A stretch of DNA of 64,000 bases from Acidimicrobiales bacterium (GTDB lineage Bacteria > Actinomycetota > Acidimicrobiia > Acidimicrobiales > JADJXE01): NCBI GenBank assembly GCA_016716005.1, contig JADJXE010000001.1, positions 3,440,521 through 3,504,520 of the forward strand, read 5' to 3'. The notes beneath the pieces are model-generated. The model saw only the letters and a program-made list of their open reading frames with translations, did no database searches and had not been told where the DNA came from. Shown in pieces: positions 1-8,521 of the stretch (positions within the stretch are counted from its first letter, which is position 1; each line of letters begins with the position of its first letter). The translations under genes were made by a program, and so were the position numbers.

Positions 1-1
1 C

Positions 2-217
<216 letters not shown>

Positions 218-309
218 CCCCCTGACGTGACCGGCCCCGGGGCGTCGCGCCCCGGGGCCGGTGCGCGCCGCCCAGCGACCCGCCGCCCGACCCTTCCGGA
301 GGTCCGCCC

Positions 310-1611
310 GTGACGACCACCTATGACCCGTTCCACCCGAGGTACTTCGACGAAGCCGACCTCCGGGAGGAGCTCACCCGGGTCTACGACCTCTGCCACG
401 GGTGCCGGCTCTGCTTCAAGTTCTGCTCGGCCTTCCCCACCCTGTTCGAGATGATCGACGCCATCCCCGAGCAGGACTCGGCCCGGCTCTCGCCGGCCCA
501 GCAGGACCAGGTCGTCGACGAGTGCTTCAACTGCAAGCTCTGCTACATCAACTGCCCCTACATCCCCGGTCAGCACGAGTGGGAGCTCGACTTCCCCCGG
601 CTGATGCTGCGGGCGGAAGCGGTGCGGCACCGGAACAAGGAGGTGCCGCTGCGGGAGCGGGTCACCGACGGCTTCCTGGCCCGGACCGACCTGCTGGGCA
701 GGGTGTCCGTGCCTCTCTCCGGCGTGGTCAACGCCAGCACCGGCACCCCTGGGTCGTTCTCCCGCCGGATGATGGAGAAGGTGGTCGGGGTCGCCTCGCA
801 GCGCCTCCTCCCGCCGTTCGCCAAGCAGCGGTTCAGCACCTGGTTCCGCAAGCGGGCCCGGCCCGTGCTCGGGCGCAAGCAGGCCGAGGTGGCCCTGTTC
901 CCCACGTGCCTGGTCGAGTACCAGGCGCCGTCGGTGGGCAAGGACGTGGTGCGGGTGTACGAGCGCAACGGCGTCGAGGTCGACCTGCCCGAGACGGTGT
1001 GCTGCGGCGCCCCCTGGCTCCACGCCGGCGACGTCGACAGCTTCGTGAAGCAGGGCCGCAAGAACGTCGAGGTGCTGGCCCGCGCCGTGCGGGAGGGGAA
1101 GGACGTCGTCGTCCCCCAGCCCACCTGCGGGTTCGTGCTGAAGAAGGACTACCCGGATTACGTGGGTGGCCCCGACGCCCAGCTCGTGGCCGAGCACACC
1201 TACGACGCCGCCGAGTACCTCATCAGGCTGCACAAGGGGGAGGGGACCGAGCTCGACACCGAGTTCCCCGGCACCATCCCCGAGACCATCACCTACCACG
1301 CCCCCTGCCACCTCCGGTCGCAGGGCATCGGCCTGAAGAGCCGCGACCTGATGAAGCTCACCGGCGCCAGGATCCAGATCGCGGAGGGGTGCTCGGGCAT
1401 CGACGGCACCTGGGGCTACCGGGAGAAGAACTACGAGCTGGCCAAGGACGTGGCCCGCAAGCTCGGGGCCGCGATCGACAAGCAGGCCGCCGATGTGGTG
1501 GCCGGCGACTGCCACCTGGCCAACGGGTCGATCACCGAGGAGACGGGCCGGGTGCCGATGCACCCCATCTCGGTGGTCGCGCGTGCCTACGGCATCCCCG
1601 AGGAGGCCTGA
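310..1611 (+). CDS. (Fe-S)-binding oxidoreductase, HdrD/GlpC-like (two 4Fe-4S motifs plus CCG-type Cys-rich domains)
   Basis: 433-aa ORF starting at GTG 310. Ferredoxin motifs [15 protein letters not shown] and [14 protein letters not shown]-terminal Cys-rich segments [14 protein letters not shown] and EGCSGIDG, as in heterodisulfide-reductase D / GlpC / LutA-type proteins. Confidence 0.85.
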   Translation: MTTTYDPFHPRYFDEADLREELTRVYDLCHGCRLCFKFCSAFPTLFEMIDAIPEQDSARLSPAQQDQVVDECFNCKLCYINCPYIPGQHEWELDFPRLMLRAEAVRHRNKEVPLRERVTDGFLARTDLLGRVSVPLSGVVNASTGTPGSFSRRMMEKVVGVASQRLLPPFAKQRFSTWFRKRARPVLGRKQAEVALFPTCLVEYQAPSVGKDVVRVYERNGVEVDLPETVCCGAPWLHAGDVDSFVKQGRKNVEVLARAVREGKDVVVPQPTCGFVLKKDYPDYVGGPDAQLVAEHTYDAAEYLIRLHKGEGTELDTEFPGTIPETITYHAPCHLRSQGIGLKSRDLMKLTGARIQIAEGCSGIDGTWGYREKNYELAKDVARKLGAAIDKQAADVVAGDCHLANGSITEETGRVPMHPISVVARAYGIPEEA

Positions 1612-1672
1612 TCCCTGCCCGTCCGACCCCGACCCCGGCCCGGCCCCGGCCCCACCCACGAGGAGACCCACG

Positions 1673-2275
1673 ATGGCGAAGCTCACCCTCGACGACATCG
1701 CCGACCTGCGCGCCTACGAGCGGGAGCGCGCCGAGTTCCGCCAGCGGATCATCGAGCTCAAACGGGTCCGCCGGGTGCACGTCGGCACCATCGTCACCCT
1801 GGTGTTCGAGAACCGCGACACGATCCGGTTCCAGATCCAGGAGATGGCCCGGGTCGAGAAGATCATCAGCGACGAGGGCATCGCGGCGGAGCTGCGCGCG
1901 TACAACCCGCTGATCCCCGAGCCCGGACAGCTGTCGGCCACGCTGTTCATCGAGCTCACGTCCAAGGAGCAGCTGGTGGAGTGGCTGCCGAAGCTGGTGG
2001 GCATCGAGCGCTCGGTGGAGCTGCGCCTCGGCCACGGGGCCGACGTCGACGTGGTGCGCTGCGTGCCCGAGGAGTCGCACGAGGAGCAGCTCACCCGGGA
2101 CGACATCACCGCGTCGGTGCACTACATCCGCTTCGAGCTCACGCCCCAGCAGGTCGAGCGCGTCGCCAGCGGCCCCGTGGTGCTGGCGGTCGCCCACCCG
2201 GCCTACCGCGACGAGGTCGAGCTGGGAGAGGCCACCCGGGCGTCGCTCCTGCGGGACCTCCGGGGCGAGGCGTAG
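1673..2275 (+). CDS. DUF3501-family protein
   Basis: ATG 1673 is preceded by aggaga. [38 protein letters not shown]... resembles, from memory, DUF3501 proteins that accompany rubrerythrin/HdrD-like genes. The longer 1493 start is rejected because it is PR-rich and overlaps the upstream gene. Confidence 0.7.
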   Translation: MAKLTLDDIADLRAYERERAEFRQRIIELKRVRRVHVGTIVTLVFENRDTIRFQIQEMARVEKIISDEGIAAELRAYNPLIPEPGQLSATLFIELTSKEQLVEWLPKLVGIERSVELRLGHGADVDVVRCVPEESHEEQLTRDDITASVHYIRFELTPQQVERVASGPVVLAVAHPAYRDEVELGEATRASLLRDLRGEA

Positions 2276-2411
2276 CCGGCCGACGCCCGGTCGGTACGAG
2301 CCCAGCCTGACGAGGATCCAACTGGCCTCGGCCGGGCGGGCCCCCGTAGCATGCCCGGGTGCCGGTGGCGGAGCCGGCAGACGGCAGCCCGAAGGAAGTG
2401 ACCCCCCCGAC

Positions 2412-2645
2412 ATGACCAACTCGTGGCGTGATCAGGCCGCCTGCCGCGGGCTCGATCCCGAGGTCTTCTACCCGCAGGACGACGACGACGACGCCGGCGT
2501 CGCCAAGGAGGTGTGCGGGCTGTGCACCGTCCGCACGTCCTGCCTCGAGCACGCCCTGTCGTCTCGGGAGAAGGAGGGGGTCTGGGGTGGCGCCACGGAG
2601 CGGGAGCGGCGCCGGATCATCCGCCAGCGCCGCCGCACCGCCTGA
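2412..2645 (+). CDS. WhiB-family (Wbl) Fe-S transcription factor
   Basis: 77 aa. Four Cys in the Wbl pattern (AACRG...EVCGLCTVRTSC), a G[VI]WGG turn (GVWGG) and a basic tail RRRIIRQRRR. Confidence 0.9.
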   Translation: MTNSWRDQAACRGLDPEVFYPQDDDDDAGVAKEVCGLCTVRTSCLEHALSSREKEGVWGGATERERRRIIRQRRRTA

Positions 2646-2678
2646 GCCCGGCTCCCCGGCTCCCGGTTGGCGCACTGC

Positions 2679-3734
2679 ATGACGACCCTGGCCGAGGTGG
2701 GCGGCTGGCCGGCCGTCCTCGGGTCGCTCACCGATGGCCGTGACCTGAGCGCCGGCGAGGCCGAGGCCGCGATGGCCGACGTGCTCGACGGTGCCGCCAC
2801 CCCCGCCCAGATCGCCGCCTTCATCGTCGCCCTCCGGATGAAGGGCGAGACCGTCGAGGAGCTCAGCGGGCTCCTGCAGGCCATGCTGGCCGTGGCCGAG
2901 ACGGTGCCGGTGCGCGACCGGACCGCCCTGGTCGACACCTGTGGCACGGGTGGCGACCGCAGCCGCAGCATCAACGTCTCCACCCTGGCGGCGCTGGTGG
3001 TGGCCGGTGCCGGCGCCCGGGTGTGCAAGCACGGCAACCGGGCGGCGTCGTCGGCGTCGGGCTCGGCCGACGTCCTCGAGGCCCTCGGCCTGGTCATCGA
3101 CCTCGGTCCGGCGGGGGTCGCCCGCTGCGTCGACGAGGCCGGCTTCGGGTTCTGCTTCGCCCCCCGCTTCCACGCCTCGATGCGCCACGCGGGCCCCACC
3201 CGGCGCGAGCTCGGGATCCCGACGGTGTTCAACTTCCTCGGTCCGCTCGCCAACCCCGCCCGCGTGCGGCGGCAGGTGGTGGGCGTCAGCGACCCGTCGA
3301 TGGCCGAGCGGATGGTGCAGGTGCTGGCCACGCGGGGCGCCGAGCGGGCCCTGGTGGTCTACGGCCACGACGGTCTCGACGAGCTCACGACCACCAGCAC
3401 CTCCACGGTGTTCGACCTGTGCGCGGGCGACGTTCGCACCTACGTCGTGGACCCGGTGGCCCTCGGGCTGGCGCCGGCCACGCCCGAGCTGCTCCGGGGT
3501 GGTGACGCCCAGGCCAACGCCGAGCACGGGCGCCGGGTGCTGGCGGGGGAGCGGGGGGCGCACCGCGACGTGGTGCTGCTGAACGCGGCGGCCGGCCTGG
3601 TGGCCGCCGGCCTGGCCGTCGACCTGGTCGAGGGCCTGGAGCAGGCGGCGTCGGCCGTCGACGACGGGCGTGCCGCCGATGCCCTCGACCGGGCCGTGGC
3701 CGTCTCGGCGCGGGCCAGGGCCGAGGGCGAGTGA
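2679..3734 (+). CDS. trpD: anthranilate phosphoribosyltransferase
   Basis: The ORF opens at TTG 2667, but ATG 2679 (MTTLAEVGGW...) is preferred. Signatures DTCGTGGDRSRSINVST and KHGNRAASSASGSADVLEALG. Confidence 0.9.
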   Translation: MTTLAEVGGWPAVLGSLTDGRDLSAGEAEAAMADVLDGAATPAQIAAFIVALRMKGETVEELSGLLQAMLAVAETVPVRDRTALVDTCGTGGDRSRSINVSTLAALVVAGAGARVCKHGNRAASSASGSADVLEALGLVIDLGPAGVARCVDEAGFGFCFAPRFHASMRHAGPTRRELGIPTVFNFLGPLANPARVRRQVVGVSDPSMAERMVQVLATRGAERALVVYGHDGLDELTTTSTSTVFDLCAGDVRTYVVDPVALGLAPATPELLRGGDAQANAEHGRRVLAGERGAHRDVVLLNAAAGLVAAGLAVDLVEGLEQAASAVDDGRAADALDRAVAVSARARAEGE

Positions 3735-3791
3735 GCGCTCGGCGTGGGGCGCGCCGCGCGCCCGCTGCTCGCCCGTCCCCGCGGTGACCGG

Positions 3792-4070
3792 TCAGCCGGA
3801 GCCGATGCTCCACATGGCTTCGAGGTCGTGGCGGCTGTAGGCCTGGAAGGCGATCATCGTGCGGGTGCGCACGATCCCGTCGAGGCCCGCGATCCGCCCG
3901 GTCACCACCTCGGCCAGCTCGTCGTGCCGGCGGACGCGGACGATCACCACCAGGTCGTCGTCGCCGGCCACCGAGTACACCTCGGCCACGCCGGGCACCT
4001 CGGTGAGCTCCGAGGCCAGGTCGGCGACACGGCGGGGCTCGGCCCGGATCAGCACGAAGGCGGCGACCAC
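3792..4070 (-). CDS. stand-alone Lrp/AsnC ligand-binding (RAM) domain protein
   Basis: 92 aa: AFVLIRAEP...VPGVAEVYSVAGDDDLVVIVRVRRHDELAEVV...IVRTRTMIAF. No HTH region. Confidence 0.8.
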   Translation of the reverse strand: MVAAFVLIRAEPRRVADLASELTEVPGVAEVYSVAGDDDLVVIVRVRRHDELAEVVTGRIAGLDGIVRTRTMIAFQAYSRHDLEAMWSIGSG

Positions 4071-4084
4071 CGGGCCAGGCTAGT

Positions 4085-4726
4085 TCAGCGCCGAGGGCCG
4101 CGGCGCTCGACCGGCGACTCGGCGGCGCGCTCGGTCAGCAGCGGCAGCTCGTCGGGTGGCACGCCGCCTTCGGTCAGCTCGAGGCGGCTGAGCTCCTGCC
4201 GGGCGTCGTCGAGCAGGTCGAGGCGCTCGGCCACCCACGCCAGGCCCTGGGGCTCGCCGTGCGCCGGCGTCGCCGCCGGGGTGGGCCTGGTGGCGTCGGT
4301 GGCGGCCCGGGCCAGGCGGTCGGCCAGGCGCTCCACCTCGGCGACCGATGTGGCCAACTCGCGCAGGGCGCGCTTGCGGTGCTTCTTGGGGAGCCGGTTC
4401 ATGACGACGAGGTGGCGGTCGAGCTCGACCGCCTCGCGCTCGATGGCACCGGCCAGCTCGCGGAGGTGATCGGGCACCGCTCGGCGGTCGGCCGGGCGGG
4501 TGGCCAGGCGGACCGCCTGGGCGGCCCGCTGGAGGCCCCGGTGCATCCGGGCGGCCGGGCTGCCCGACCACAGCCAGGCCACGGGCGCGTCGGTGGGCAC
4601 CCTGGGGCTCACGCGGACTCGACGCTTGAGCCGCCACCACGACGCCGCCGCGAACGCGGCCGTGGCCGCCGCCCCGACGACGAGGAGCAGGAGGATCCAG
4701 CGGACCACCTCGCCCATGTCGCCCAC
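4085..4726 (-). CDS. hypothetical membrane-anchored protein
   Basis: 213-aa ORF with an N-terminal TM helix (VVRWILLLLVVGAAATAAFAAASWW) followed by a charged helical region. No family recognised. Confidence 0.55.
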   Translation of the reverse strand: MGDMGEVVRWILLLLVVGAAATAAFAAASWWRLKRRVRVSPRVPTDAPVAWLWSGSPAARMHRGLQRAAQAVRLATRPADRRAVPDHLRELAGAIEREAVELDRHLVVMNRLPKKHRKRALRELATSVAEVERLADRLARAATDATRPTPAATPAHGEPQGLAWVAERLDLLDDARQELSRLELTEGGVPPDELPLLTERAAESPVERRGPRR

Positions 4727-4753
4727 GGGTGCAGCGTACCGACGCCGCCCCGG

Positions 4754-6442
4754 TCAGGTGGTGTCGGCGGCTGGCCGGCGCGTCGCGAACGACGGGAGCC
4801 GGGGAAGGGTGTCGGCGAGGGCGCCGTCGGCGTGGCGCAGCGCGAGCGTGCCGGCCTCGGCGTCGAGCCAGGCCGCGATCACGGCCAGCTCGTCGGCCAG
4901 CTCACGGGGCACGGGGCCGTCGATCGCGGCCGCCCCGCCCGGCAGCTCGGGGGTGACGGTGACCTGCCCGTCGGGCCCCCACGACCGCACGAGCAGGCCG
5001 TGCTGCAGCTCGACGCCGCCGCGACCGGGCCAGTCGAGCACCACCCGTCCGGCGGCGCGCAGGCCGTCGAGCCGGCGCTGGCGGCGGAGGGCGCCGGCGA
5101 GCGCAGCAGCCCGATCGCGCACGTCGGCCGCCTCCTCGTAGCGCTCCGACCCGGCCAGGGTGCCCATGCGCTCGCGCAAGGGTGCCAGGAGCAGCTCGGG
5201 GTCGGTGGTGAGCCCGGTCACGAGCCGCTCGACGACCCCGCCGTACTCGGACGGTGAGACGCCGCCGGCGCAGGGGCAGAGGCAGGCGCCCAGCTGCGCG
5301 GCTGCGCACGGGGCGCGACGAGGGCTGCGGCCGGGCCGGCCGGTGCACCGGCGGAGGGGCGTGACCGTGTGGATGGCGTCGGCGACGAGGCGGGCCTGGG
5401 CGGCCGAGGCCAGCGGACCCAGGTAGAGACCGCCGTCGTCGCGAGGGCTGCGGACCACGGACAGGCGGGGGAAGGCCTCGCCCAGGGTGAGCTTCAGGTA
5501 GGCGTAGCGATCCCAGGTCTTGGCCTGGCGGTTGAAGCGGGGCCGCAGGCGGTGGATGAGGCGGACCTCGAGCACCGCGGCCTCCAGCGGGTGGGCGCAC
5601 ACGACGTGATCGACGCGCTCGGTCTCGCGGAGCAGCTGGGCCACCTTGCGGCGCTCGTCGCCCGAGAAGTACGAGCGCACGCGCTGGCGGAGGTTGGTGG
5701 CCTTGCCGACGTACAGGACCTCGCCCCGCCGGTCGCGGAACTGGTAGACGCCGGGGCGCCGTGGCAGCCGCGCCGTGAGCCGCAGCTTGGCGGCCTGGGG
5801 GTGCCCCCCGATCGTGGGCAGGGCGAGGAGGTCGTCGAGGCCCAGCACGCCGAGCCCGGCCGCCCGCTCGAGCAGGAGGTGCAGCAGATCTGCGGTGGCC
5901 AGCGCGTCGTCGAGGGCGCGGTGGCTGGGCCGGTGGGGGAGCCGCAAGCGGTCGGCGAGCGTGCCCAGCCGGCAGTTCGGCACCTCGTCGCGCACCAGCC
6001 GACGTGCCAGCGAGCACGTGTCGACGGCCGGGTTGGCGAGGGGCGCCCACCCGCCGCGGTCGAGCGCCGCCCGCAGGAACCCCAGGTCGAACCGGACGTT
6101 GTGGCCCACCACCACCGAGTCGCCGGCGAACTCGAGCAGGCTCGGCAGCACGGCCTCGATCCGGGGGGCAGGCAGCACCATGGCCTGGGTGATGCCGGTG
6201 AGCACGGTGATGGCCGGCGGGATGAGCGCACCGGGGTTCACCAGGGTCTGGAAGGTGCCCAGGCACTCCCCGCCCCGCACCTTGACCGCTCCGATCTCGG
6301 TGATGCCGCACGCGTCGGGCGACGTGCCGGTGGTCTCGAGGTCGAGCACGCAGAAGGTGACGTCGGCCAGGGGGGTGCCGAGGTCGTCGAAGGAGCGCTG
6401 CACGCCCGCACTGTAGGCGAACAGGTGTTCGACGACCCGCAT
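4754..6442 (-). CDS. DEDD 3'-5' exonuclease (Pol III epsilon-like) fused to a GIY-YIG/UvrC-N-like nuclease
   Basis: Starts at ATG 6442 (MRVVEHLF). Exo motifs FCVLDLETTG, VVVGHNVRFDLGFL and HRALDDALATADLL. GIY-YIG PGVYQFRDRRGEVLYVGKATNLRQRVRSYF. Also a Cys cluster and a UVR-like helix, ERYEEAADVRDRAAAL. The layout is that of mycobacterial Rv2191-type proteins, and the neighbouring trpD gives the same synteny. Confidence 0.85.
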   Translation of the reverse strand: MRVVEHLFAYSAGVQRSFDDLGTPLADVTFCVLDLETTGTSPDACGITEIGAVKVRGGECLGTFQTLVNPGALIPPAITVLTGITQAMVLPAPRIEAVLPSLLEFAGDSVVVGHNVRFDLGFLRAALDRGGWAPLANPAVDTCSLARRLVRDEVPNCRLGTLADRLRLPHRPSHRALDDALATADLLHLLLERAAGLGVLGLDDLLALPTIGGHPQAAKLRLTARLPRRPGVYQFRDRRGEVLYVGKATNLRQRVRSYFSGDERRKVAQLLRETERVDHVVCAHPLEAAVLEVRLIHRLRPRFNRQAKTWDRYAYLKLTLGEAFPRLSVVRSPRDDGGLYLGPLASAAQARLVADAIHTVTPLRRCTGRPGRSPRRAPCAAAQLGACLCPCAGGVSPSEYGGVVERLVTGLTTDPELLLAPLRERMGTLAGSERYEEAADVRDRAAALAGALRRQRRLDGLRAAGRVVLDWPGRGGVELQHGLLVRSWGPDGQVTVTPELPGGAAAIDGPVPRELADELAVIAAWLDAEAGTLALRHADGALADTLPRLPSFATRRPAADTT

Positions 6443-6475
6443 GTTGGTCGTCGAGCCACCGGTACCATCCTCGGC

Positions 6476-6694
6476 GTGCCCGCCCCCCGGTACCGCTGCA
6501 CCGCCTGCGGCAACCTCACCCGCTTCGACGTCGTGGCCACGCGGCGCACGCGCGCGTTCCACCACTACTCCCTGGGTGGCGAGCTCTCCGTCGAGGACGA
6601 GACGGTCCTCTCCGAGGCGGTCGAGAGCGTCACGTGCCGGTGGTGCGGCCCGGGCTCCGTCGTCGAGGTGCTCGAGGACGAGGTCGCACCCTGA
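6476..6694 (+). CDS. small Zn-ribbon protein (hypothetical)
   Basis: GTG 6476 in the frame of ORF 5369..6694. 72 aa with two CxxC pairs (RCTACG ... CRWCG). The start is uncertain. Confidence 0.55.
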   Translation: MPAPRYRCTACGNLTRFDVVATRRTRAFHHYSLGGELSVEDETVLSEAVESVTCRWCGPGSVVEVLEDEVAP

Positions 6695-8103
6695 GCACGC
6701 CGGCCGCCGGTGCGGCTGCCGAGGAGCTGCTGGCCCCGGCCCTCGAGCTGGCGGTGGTCGTGGCCAGGGCCGAGCAGCAGGCCGACCCACCGGTGCCGGT
6801 GCCGGTGCCGGCCGGTCTCCGCCGCTTCGTGGGGTTCGCCCACCTGCCCGCGGCCGCCCGCCGGGCCGTCCGTCGGGTCGTGGACGACGACGGAGCCTTC
6901 CGCGAGCGGGTGGCGTCCCGCGCCACCGAGGAGCTCGTCGGCCGGGCCGGTTGGCTGTGGCTGGCGCGCCCCGACGGCTGGGGCGACGAGCTGGCCGAGC
7001 TGGTGGCCGCGGCCGCCGGCCGGGCCGAGGCCGCCGCCGTCGAGCGGGAGGAGCGCAGCGCCCGCAAGCGGGCGGAGGCGGCCGAGCAGCAGCTCGAGCG
7101 GTCCCGCTCGGCCGAGGCGCGGGCCCGGCGGGACGCCGACGAGGCCAGGGCGGCGCTGGCCGAGGAGCGCCACGCCCGGCGGGCGGCCGAGGCGCTGCGG
7201 GCGGGCCTCGAGGCTCGGTCGGCCGCAGCCGAGGCGGGCCGGGCCGACGCCGACGCTCGCGCCGCCCGGGCCGAGGAGGAGGCCCGGGGCGCCGCGGCGG
7301 GCGCGGCTGGCGCCGCCCGCGAGGCCGACGCCCTGCGTGCGCGCCTGGCCGCCGCCGAGGCGCGCGCCGAGCACCTGGAGGCCGAGCGGGCCGACCTGGC
7401 GGCCGCGCTCGACCGTGCCGCCTCCGGTCCGGCGCCGCTCGCCGGTGGGTCGGTGGCGGCGGCCCTGGCCGACGCGTCCGAGGCGGTGCACCGCCTGGCC
7501 GACGCCCTCGACGTGCTGGCCGGCCGGGCCGGGCCCGAGGGGCGGCCACCGGGTCCGGGTCCGGGTCCGGGTCCGGGCGGGCGCGCGGAGGCGCCGTCGG
7601 GCCGGACGGCCCCGGGCCCGCCGCCGCGGCGCCCACCGGGGGTGTCCCGGCGCCGGCGCCGGCCGCTCGTGCTGCCCGGGGGCGTGCTCGACGACACGCG
7701 CGAGGCGGTCGAGCACCTGCTCCGGGTCGCGGGGGTGCTGCTGCTGGTCGACGGGTACAACGTGGCCAAGCTGGGCTGGCCGGACCTGCCCCTGGGCGAG
7801 CAGCGCGGGCGCCTGCTCGACGCACTCGCCGGCGTGGCCGCCCGCACGGGGTCCGAGATCCACGTCGTGTTCGACGGCGCCGACGTGCCGGCGCCGGTCA
7901 CGGAGGTGGCCCGGCCCGTCCACGTGCGGTTCTCGCCGCCGGGGGTCGAGGCCGACGACGTGCTCCTGGCGCTCGTCGACGAGGTGCCGCCGCAGCGCCC
8001 CGTCGTCGTGGCCTCCGACGACCACCGGGTGCGCGACGGGGCACGTGCCGGCGGCGCCAACACGGTGGGGGCCCGGCCCCTCCTCGACCTGCTCCGCCGC
8101 TGA
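6634..8103 (+). CDS. NYN/YacP(Rae1)-like PIN-fold nuclease domain protein with a long N-terminal coiled-coil extension
   Basis: C-terminus LLLVDGYNVAKLGW...IHVVFDGADVP...VRFSPPGVEADDVLL...VVVASDDHRVRDGA = YacP-type NYN domain. Residues ~130-290 are an A/R/E coiled coil followed by a PGPGPGPG hinge. The start is uncertain; 6634 overlaps the preceding gene by 61 nt. Confidence 0.75.
   Translation: MPVVRPGLRRRGARGRGRTLSTPAAGAAAEELLAPALELAVVVARAEQQADPPVPVPVPAGLRRFVGFAHLPAAARRAVRRVVDDDGAFRERVASRATEELVGRAGWLWLARPDGWGDELAELVAAAAGRAEAAAVEREERSARKRAEAAEQQLERSRSAEARARRDADEARAALAEERHARRAAEALRAGLEARSAAAEAGRADADARAARAEEEARGAAAGAAGAAREADALRARLAAAEARAEHLEAERADLAAALDRAASGPAPLAGGSVAAALADASEAVHRLADALDVLAGRAGPEGRPPGPGPGPGPGGRAEAPSGRTAPGPPPRRPPGVSRRRRRPLVLPGGVLDDTREAVEHLLRVAGVLLLVDGYNVAKLGWPDLPLGEQRGRLLDALAGVAARTGSEIHVVFDGADVPAPVTEVARPVHVRFSPPGVEADDVLLALVDEVPPQRPVVVASDDHRVRDGARAGGANTVGARPLLDLLRR
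7551..7574 (+). repeat. hexanucleotide microsatellite (GGGTCC)x4 encoding a PG repeat
   Basis: Direct reading: gggtcc gggtcc gggtcc gggtcc, inside the NYN-domain gene. Confidence 0.9.
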
Positions 8104-8305
8104 GCGCCCCGAGGTCGTGCGCGCACCCCGACCCCACCGGGTGCCCCCGACCCCCGACGTCGATGACACACCCCCTGCGTACGGTGCTGATCGGGTGGAG
8201 GTGACGGTGCCACGACGGTGTCGCGAGGGCGGCACGGGGGTGGCACGACGTGATCGCACCCCGGGTCGTCGAACGGCTCCGGGTGCCGGCCAGGGAGGTC
8301 CACAG

Positions 8306-8515
8306 GTGGGCGACGGGTTCCGGATCGACTGCGACGAGTGCGTCATGCAGGGCACCTCGACGTGTGGCGACTGCGTCGTCACGTTCCTCTGCAACCGGGA
8401 GCCCGACGAGGCCGTGGTGATCGACGCCGACGAGGTGCGGGCGCTGCGGCTGCTGGAGCGGGCCGGCCTGGTGCCCGGCCTCCGGCACACCCGGCGCACG
8501 GGCACGCGCGCCTGA
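8306..8515 (+). CDS. small Cys-rich protein (hypothetical)
   Basis: GTG 8306 lies 7 nt after gggagg. 69 aa: VGDGFRIDCDECVMQGTSTCGDCVVTFLC... (CxxC-x7-CxxC). Confidence 0.55.
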   Translation: MGDGFRIDCDECVMQGTSTCGDCVVTFLCNREPDEAVVIDADEVRALRLLERAGLVPGLRHTRRTGTRA

Positions 8516-8521
8516 TCGGTC

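Noticed and set aside
3747-3763. GC-only hairpin gggcgcg-ccg-cgcgccc between the convergent trpD and AsnC-domain genes. It could be a bidirectional terminator.
   Set aside because: The 3-nt loop is tight and there is no U/T tract on either side. GC palindromes of this size are common in this composition, so I do not call it a terminator.
6443-7825. N-terminal 460-aa extension of ORF 4754..7825 upstream of the MRVVEHLF start.
   Set aside because: It is an RPGA low-complexity translation and lies antisense to the well-supported NYN and Zn-ribbon genes. The exonuclease domain begins right after Met at 6442.
8203-8259. GTGCCAC / GTGGCAC inverted 7-mers and an imperfect 19-nt direct repeat upstream of the small Cys-rich gene.
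   Set aside because: The arms are only 7 bp with a 26-nt spacer and the direct repeat is imperfect, so this is too weak to call an operator or an RNA element.
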